DNA of 64,000 nt, from NCBI GenBank assembly GCA_039679675.1, contig JBDKUN010000022.1, forward strand, positions 1-64,000, read 5' to 3'. This DNA comes from Armatimonadota bacterium. GTDB lineage: Bacteria > Armatimonadota > UBA5829 > DTLH01. A program made the position numbers and the translations under genes. Numbering within the stretch: position 1 is the stretch's first letter; each line of letters opens with the position of its first letter. Below the pieces are notes generated by a model that did not search any database, was not told where the DNA came from, and saw nothing but the letters and a program-made list of their open reading frames with translations. This document shows, one piece after another, positions 57,803 through 64,000 of this stretch.

Positions 57803-59227
57803 GTGTTGACTGTGAGATACGCTTTAAGGCTATTTCTGTCTGTAATTCTTTTATCAGGCTTCCTCTTACCATCAGAGGCTGTTGTTCTTCAGCCGGGAAC
57901 GTATAAGCTGGCCTGGACTACATCCGAAGACATCAGCAAAACCATCTGCCAGTCCTTAATACTTGATGTAGCTGCGCAGGATAATGGTGTACCTGCCATA
58001 AATGGACTGAAGTCTGCCAAATATCTTCGATGTGGACCCGATGAAAACTGTTACTTAAGGATGGTTCTGGATGAGTCCAATGGAACGGGCAAAGGCTACG
58101 ATGTTGCATACATATCACTGGCTACATCAGGTAAATTGACTGATGTAGCTCAGGCCATCAAGCTGCCGCTAAGGAAAAGCAACAACGCTCCACTGATGTG
58201 GAAAGATGTCAAAGTGCTGGAATCCGACAAATTCACACTGGACATACCTTACACATCGTCAAATATCATACGCAAAACTACTATTTCGCTGGAGATCGAT
58301 ATATTCGACGATGGCAATATAACCGGCACTGCAGCAATAAATCTCTGGTCGGGCTGGAGCGGGGTTATCAAGACAGATGGCGAAGACCTGAAAGTCATCC
58401 TTGATGATCAGAATGCAGATGGGCTATTCGAGAAAAATTCATCCAATCAAGCAATAGACGGTACAACTCCGTGTTTGAACGATTATTTATGGATAGGCAA
58501 GCACAATGGACAGTGCGAATGCAGCGATTGCAAGTCCATTATGCTGGGAGGCGTTTCATCTTACGGTAACAAGCTCTATATAATCAATGTTAAACCGTCA
58601 GGTGAGGAAATTGAGATTAAACCATATACGGGACCAAGTGGAACGGTAAAATTCAATGCAGTCGACGGCTATAATAAACCAGCAAAGTGCTACGCCACCA
58701 TTCATGGTAAAGAAGGGGTTTTCGAACTACTGGATAACGGCAAAGAAACGCAGATCCCTGCCGGTGTTTACAAGGCATCACCGTTTGTCATTATCGAACC
58801 TGAGCAAAACAAGGCATCAGATAAAGGATTCTACATTTTTAAGAGAGCCAACCTTGAAATAACAGTCCAACCTAAAAAAACGGTCACAATAGATGCTGGC
58901 GGACCTGTCACTTTATCTATTAATTCGGAAAAAGACGCTGTCACGGCAAAAGTCGGCCAGGAAATAAAGATTCCCCTTGATATAAAGCAAAAAAATGAGA
59001 AGGTGGTTATTTTCAGCGAAAAAAAACCTGTTGTAAGCATCTATAACTCTGCCGGTAAGCGGCTAAAAAGCGGTAAAGGGAAGTTTGGGTGAGGCGGAGT
59101 CTGTGAGTATTCCGTGCGAATACCTTCGAATTGGAAACCCGGCACCTATAAGATCAGTGCAAGCATCGATCTGAGACCTTACCAGGATCAAATCTCAGCA
59201 AAGAAGACATTGAAGATCGTAAAGTGA
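57803..59227 (+). CDS. Exported protein, probable selenoprotein (UGA 59090-59092 read as Sec; 474 aa)
   Basis: Signal peptide; the frame continues 44 sense codons past the UGA (FG-U-GGVC...KIVK); SECIS-like hairpin 59107-59123. The 429-aa part is secure; the recoding is inferred. Confidence 0.62.
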
Positions 59228-59234
59228 GCCGGTT

Positions 59235-59329
59235 GATAGACCGAGGGAACCATGCCTCGGTCTAGGGGTTGGTTAAGGGCATGGATGCCCTGGAGAATAA
59301 GGCTCGGGGCATGGATCCCCCGAGCCATC
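59235..59329 (+). repeat. Family C triple-hairpin repeat
   Basis: Near-identical direct copy at 62602-62692; partial relatives at 19315, 57747, 61443, 62101. Confidence 0.88.
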
Positions 59330-59418
59330 TGGTTGGTCGCCTCGCGCATTATGTTCATCTATTAAAATGACGCAAAAGATGACGTACGATGATCACGCAT
59401 TAATTGAAGGAGAATCGC

Positions 59419-61407
59419 TTGAAAACTCAGATTTTGCCAGCTGAATTGGAGACGATTGCAGTTACGGTAAACGACAACGGAATAACCATTCGCAGTGCTA
59501 GTGGGTCCGTTATAGAGGGATGTAATCTTAGTCTGCATTGGAGATATCCCGGTGAAGAAGAGTGGCGGATTACAGATGCTGAGAGCCTATACGATTTAAA
59601 GTGCACAGCTGGTGCTGTTGAATTTTCATGCCGGTTCGGTGACATAATTGCTCGTGTAAGGGTTTGTGGTTCAGGAGAACAAAGGTCCTGGCAGTTCTCC
59701 GGCAAACTCATAAGCGATGCGAGCCAGCCGTTGGAGCTTGCGAGGTTTTGCTATCTTGTCGGCGAAGTCCCGGATGACCTCAACTTTCTTGAGCTGCTTG
59801 GATCAAGGGAAAAACCCGTTTTGCGGAAACCAGGGGATTCACTGCCATCATACAGGCAGGATGTTGAGGCTTTCTGGGCTTCAATGGGTGTTAAATGGCT
59901 GAGGATGCCCGATACGATTCACGATGTCTCTGACTGGGCGGTATCCAAAGACATCGCAGCTTTTCTCCCCGAATGGAATGGCTCAGGATGGGGGTTTTGT
60001 TTTGTCGGTCCCGGCACTGCGTTCGGCGAGATCGGCTATAAAACAACCGGAAAGCCATCAGCCTTTTATGTCGGAGTCCTGCTCGATAACTTGCTGATCG
60101 ACCCGGGCGAGGAGCGGTTGCTCGAAACTGCCTGTGTGTGGTACGGTGATTGGCAAGAAGGGTTTCGTCTGTGGGCGAAGACCTGTGCCAATCATGCAGG
60201 AGTTCGGAATGCGCATCCTGCGCTCACCGGTTATTGCTCTTGGTATCAGTTTCACACGAAGATAACTCCAGAAGAAATATTGCAAGCTAACGATGAATTT
60301 GCTGATTGGCCGGTTGGCTCAGGAAATCGTACCATCCAGATTGATGATGGTTTTCAGGTTGCTCCGGGTGACTGGGCCCCTAATGAGCGGTTCAAGGAGA
60401 TTTGGCCTGATCTGCCAGGCCGTATCGCTGCTAAAGGCTCACTTCCAGGGCTATGGCTTGCGCCCAGCATAATACACGAGACGCATTCTATTGCAGCCGA
60501 ACATCCAGAATGGCTGCAAAGGCTGGCATGCGGAGAATTTGCGATTTCTTTTGCAAACTGGGGTGGCGATACGTATTATCTTGATGCTGACCATCCCGAT
60601 GCACAGGAGTTTATGAGGAAGAACTTTGCTGCTTTTGTCGCTGAGGGATGGAAGTATTTCAAGATCGACTTCACCTATCCAGTGAGCACTGCACGGCAGG
60701 CGTTCGACCGAAAGAAAACGTCATTTGAGACCCTGCGCGGTATGTATCGGCTTTTCCGCGAGACCTGCGGTGATGAGATTCTCTTATCAGCCTGTATAGG
60801 AGTGCCGGGCCGATATGCTCTCGGTTATGCGGACATCGCAAGGTTGGGCGGCGACATCGAGACATCCTGGGAAGCAGTTCAGACTACCGTGAGGGCATGG
60901 ATTACCTGGGGGTGCACCAATGGTGTTTGGTGGTTGGGTGATCCGGACGTTTTTCTGATGCGAACGGAGAATTCATCGCTTTCATTCGAGGAAAACTATC
61001 TGCTGACGGGCACAATAGGACTCTTTGGCGGGTTATTTCTCACTTCAGACTTGCCTTCTCAATGGTCTCCTGAAGCTGTAGCCGCAGTGAAGGAGTTCTG
61101 GAATGAGCACAACCCGCGGACACCGGTTTCACATCGGGCTCTCTGGGACGATCGAGGTATGATTCAGGCATATCGTGTGAGCGTAGAAGAAGGCGGAAAC
61201 CTGTATCACGCAATTGGGGTCTACAACTGGGCTGACGATGTTCGCGATATGACCATTTCACTCAAAGATGTGGGATTACAGCCCTCGCTCAATTGGAACC
61301 TGCAGGCGACGTCACACAGCGAACAGATGCAGTTGATCGATGGGGTTTTGAGAGTGCCTCTTCTTCCGAGACACAGCCTGAGGATAGCAAAACTGTCGCT
61401 TAGGTAA
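59419..61407 (+). CDS. Alpha-galactosidase-like glycoside hydrolase (GH36/clan D)
   Basis: GYCSWY, IQIDDG, GLWLAP, YFKIDF, ARLGGD, DPD; AAGGAG + TTG 59419. Confidence 0.82.
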   Translation: MKTQILPAELETIAVTVNDNGITIRSASGSVIEGCNLSLHWRYPGEEEWRITDAESLYDLKCTAGAVEFSCRFGDIIARVRVCGSGEQRSWQFSGKLISDASQPLELARFCYLVGEVPDDLNFLELLGSREKPVLRKPGDSLPSYRQDVEAFWASMGVKWLRMPDTIHDVSDWAVSKDIAAFLPEWNGSGWGFCFVGPGTAFGEIGYKTTGKPSAFYVGVLLDNLLIDPGEERLLETACVWYGDWQEGFRLWAKTCANHAGVRNAHPALTGYCSWYQFHTKITPEEILQANDEFADWPVGSGNRTIQIDDGFQVAPGDWAPNERFKEIWPDLPGRIAAKGSLPGLWLAPSIIHETHSIAAEHPEWLQRLACGEFAISFANWGGDTYYLDADHPDAQEFMRKNFAAFVAEGWKYFKIDFTYPVSTARQAFDRKKTSFETLRGMYRLFRETCGDEILLSACIGVPGRYALGYADIARLGGDIETSWEAVQTTVRAWITWGCTNGVWWLGDPDVFLMRTENSSLSFEENYLLTGTIGLFGGLFLTSDLPSQWSPEAVAAVKEFWNEHNPRTPVSHRALWDDRGMIQAYRVSVEEGGNLYHAIGVYNWADDVRDMTISLKDVGLQPSLNWNLQATSHSEQMQLIDGVLRVPLLPRHSLRIAKLSLR

Positions 61408-61525
61408 AATCATTCAGATCAGATATTCGATGGAATAGATACATGCTTCGGTCTGGATTCCACCGAGCATCAGAGTGCAAATTACGCGCTGAAGATTAAA
61501 TCATTATGAAATCAGGAGTGACGTT

Positions 61526-62083
61526 ATGAATCTAGATTTTCTTCTTACACCTGACGAGCCGTGGATTATGAGCTTTGGCGGTGATTTTGAGGATATTGTA
61601 GAAAATATCAGGTTATTGCAAGCCCAGAATCCTGGTCTTAAGATGGTTGTCCTTGAGGGGAAATCTATGAGGACGAAGGATGAGCTTTTCGATGAACTAA
61701 CTGAAAAACTCAAGTTTCCTGACTATTTCGGGCGGAACTTTGATGCCCTTGATGACTGTATAACTGATCTTGCTTGGTTGGAATTCGATTCTATAGTGCT
61801 TGTGATAAAGGACAGTAAAGACGTGCTTAACAAAGCTCATATCAGCAGAATATCCAAGTTACTTCGCCGCGGAAAAGTCCCCGCAGAAGTATTGGCCACA
61901 GATAATCTATCAATATTTCTTGATTCCCTCTGCTCAGCTGGTATCGAGTGGAGCCAGCCAGTCGAATCGGGAAACTGGTGGGATCGTCTACCTGTTCCGT
62001 TCCATACTATTCTGGTACAAAAAGAGATCAGTATAATCAAATACCACGGAACCCGTCAGGAGATTCCTGTAATTGGTGCATAA
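61526..62083 (+). CDS. Barstar-family protein
   Basis: LKFPDYFGRNFDALDDCITDL.W. Confidence 0.85.
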   Translation: MNLDFLLTPDEPWIMSFGGDFEDIVENIRLLQAQNPGLKMVVLEGKSMRTKDELFDELTEKLKFPDYFGRNFDALDDCITDLAWLEFDSIVLVIKDSKDVLNKAHISRISKLLRRGKVPAEVLATDNLSIFLDSLCSAGIEWSQPVESGNWWDRLPVPFHTILVQKEISIIKYHGTRQEIPVIGA

Positions 62084-62160
62084 TTAGGAGTATATCCGCT
62101 GATAGACCGAGGAAACCATACCTCGGCCCATCAGCGAGATTTGAAAGGCAGCCGAATTTA

Positions 62161-62583
62161 ATGTCGTCAGAATATATCGTTATTGATACACAAGAAGCAA
62201 TGGATAGATTCTTATGGCTCGTAGATAGCTTCCATGATGCCTTACTTAGGGAAGTTGGTATAGTCTCACGAGGCTATGTCGATACTGATGGAGATATGTA
62301 TGGTGATGTTGCCCCAAGTGATATGAGATTGATAATCCATTCGCAATTTGAGGAAACACCATATATCGAGATAATATTCAGAGAGCTTAAAGAATTCAAA
62401 TGGATCGATGGCTATGATCTGGAGCCAGCAAAAGGTTCTGTTGCAAATGATCTCGTGACACTTGTCTTTAGTTCAAATCCTAAGAATTTTTTAGTTTCAG
62501 GGAAACAGATGGAATACAGGATATTAGGCCGTGATTGCTTGGGCAAGCAACCTCGCACAGTTGAGCAGATTCAATCAGAATGA
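62161..62583 (+). CDS. Hypothetical protein (140 aa)
   Basis: ATG 62161; FHDALLRE motif; AT-rich coding sequence. Confidence 0.55.
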   Translation: MSSEYIVIDTQEAMDRFLWLVDSFHDALLREVGIVSRGYVDTDGDMYGDVAPSDMRLIIHSQFEETPYIEIIFRELKEFKWIDGYDLEPAKGSVANDLVTLVFSSNPKNFLVSGKQMEYRILGRDCLGKQPRTVEQIQSE

Positions 62584-62601
62584 AAAAGCCGGAGAATTAC
62601 T

Positions 62602-62692
62602 GACCGGGGAACCATGCCTCGGTCTATGGATTGGTTAAGGGCATGGATGCCCTGGAGAATAAGGCCCGGGGGCATGGATCCCCCGAGCCATC
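62602..62692 (+). repeat. Family C triple-hairpin repeat
   Basis: Direct copy of 59239-59329. Confidence 0.88.
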
Positions 62693-62705
62693 AATTTACC
62701 TCAAA

Positions 62706-64000
62706 CTACATTCCGTAGTCTTCGTAACCACCCGGTGCGGGGGCTGCGGGAGCTTTCTTTTCAGGCTTTTCGACTACAAGGCTCTCAGTCGTCAGGATGA
62801 GCGCGGCGATGCTTGCTGCGTTCTCCAGAGCGCTGCGGTTTACCTTTACTGGGTCGATGATTCCGGCTTTGACCATGTCCACATACTCTTCGGTCATGGC
62901 ATTCAGGCCGAAGCCCTTCTTCTCAGCCTTTACGCGCTGCACAACAACGCTGCCTTCGAGTCCAGCATTCTCTGCAATCTGGCGAAGCGGCTCTTCGAGC
63001 GCCTTTCGGACGATTGCGGCCCCGACCTTCTCATCTGCAGTCTCGCCGATGTTCTCAAGCATCGGCAGGATGCTTATGTAAGTAACGCCGCCGCCGGGGA
63101 CAACGCCCTCTTCAACGGCTGCGCGGGTCGCGGAAAGCGCGTCCTCAAACCTGTGCTTCTTCTCTTTGAGCTCGGTCTCGGTCGCGGCTCCGACTTTGAG
63201 GACTGCAACACCGCCGGCAAGCTTCGCCAGCCGCTCCTGCAGCTTTTCGCGGTCATAGTTCGAGTCTGTCTCTTCGATCTGTCTCTTGATCATTGCAACG
63301 CGGCCCTGGACTGCATCGGAACTGCCCTCGCCCTCGATAATCGTTGTCTTCTCTTTGGTGACGACGATCTTCTTGGCGCTGCCGAGCATATCCAGAGTTA
63401 CGTTTTCGAGCTTCACGCCCAGGTCCTCACTGAGGAACTTCCCGCCGGTCAGAACGGCAATGTCTTCCATCATAGCCTTGCGGCGGTCGCCGAACCCAGG
63501 AGCTTTCACTGCGATAGACTGCAGCGTGCCCCGGAGCTTGTTTACGACCAGAGTTGCGAGCGCTTCACCGTCGACATCCTCGGCGATAATCACGAGCGGC
63601 CTGTGTGATCCGGCGATCTTCTCAAGAAGTGGAATCATGTCGGCAGCGGAGCTGATCTTTTTCTCATGGATGAAGATCAACGGGTCTTCAAGGACTGCTT
63701 CCATTCTCTCCGGGTCGGTGACCATATAAGGAGAGATGTAGCCCTTGTCGAACTGCATTCCTTCGACCACTTCGAGGCTGGTATCGGTACCCTTGGACTC
63801 CTCTACTGTGATGACTCCGTCTTTTCCGACCTTGTCCATAGCGTCGGCTACAAGTTCACCGATCTCGGTGTCGTTTCCGGAGATGGAAGCGACCTGAGCG
63901 ATCTCTGAGCGCTCTTTGACCGGCTTGGAAATCTTTCTGATCTCTTCGACAGCCTTGTCAACGGTCAGTTCGATACCGCGCTTGACGGCAATCGGGTTAC
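62706..64000 (-). CDS. groL: Chaperonin GroEL (5' end outside the window)
   Basis: [46 protein letters not shown]. Confidence 0.98.
   Translation of the reverse strand, partial: NPIAVKRGIELTVDKAVEEIRKISKPVKERSEIAQVASISGNDTEIGELVADAMDKVGKDGVITVEESKGTDTSLEVVEGMQFDKGYISPYMVTDPERMEAVLEDPLIFIHEKKISSAADMIPLLEKIAGSHRPLVIIAEDVDGEALATLVVNKLRGTLQSIAVKAPGFGDRRKAMMEDIAVLTGGKFLSEDLGVKLENVTLDMLGSAKKIVVTKEKTTIIEGEGSSDAVQGRVAMIKRQIEETDSNYDREKLQERLAKLAGGVAVLKVGAATETELKEKKHRFEDALSATRAAVEEGVVPGGGVTYISILPMLENIGETADEKVGAAIVRKALEEPLRQIAENAGLEGSVVVQRVKAEKKGFGLNAMTEEYVDMVKAGIIDPVKVNRSALENAASIAALILTTESLVVEKPEKKAPAAPAPGGYEDYGM

Noticed and set aside
56622..62692. Classical integron
   Set aside because: No IntI gene and no RYYYAAC...GTTRRRY attC boundaries seen in the repeats.
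62631..63608. 325-aa plus-strand ORF
   Set aside because: Antisense shadow of groEL; starts within a repeat.
1..64000. tRNA, rRNA or prophage genes
   Set aside because: No cloverleaf or rRNA-like segments and no phage structural or integrase genes recognised by eye; a tRNAscan/Infernal run would be needed to exclude them fully.

Overview
Bacterial chromosomal window, probably from a diderm Terrabacteria-type organism. Armatimonadota is my best guess, inferred from a PEP-CTERM protein, beta-barrel-like proteins and the yggS-sepF-proC-yggT cluster. It starts with a complete IS982-family element and ends inside groEL. Housekeeping and metabolic genes include an MTA-type phosphorylase, ftsH, dut, proC, sepF, yggS/yggT, and GH95 and GH36-like hydrolases. 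Signalling genes include a GGDEF/HD-GYP protein, a GAF-PAS histidine kinase and an FHA-PP2C-Ser/Thr kinase operon. There is also a sortase with a candidate substrate, a methyltransferase-Mrr-like fusion, and an uncharacterised six-gene membrane operon (DUF6754-like) behind a consensus sigma70 promoter. Highlights: (1) a candidate unannotated exported selenoprotein (57803-59227; in-frame UGA in FG-U-GGVC, followed by a SECIS-like hairpin and 44 more sense codons); (2) a complex I operon with only nuoA,E,F,H,J,K,L,M,N, lacking nuoB,C,D,G,I; (3) a NuoM whose last ~165 codons are an in-frame mosaic of at least six palindromic repeat families, yet still end in an ATGA overlap with nuoN; (4) a candidate sigma54-dependent ~100-nt sRNA at 48294-48395; (5) many REP-like repeat families, with nesting, 21-nt-period satellites and a cassette-like array of genes each followed by a related palindrome. 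All calls come from motif recognition by eye; no database searches were run.
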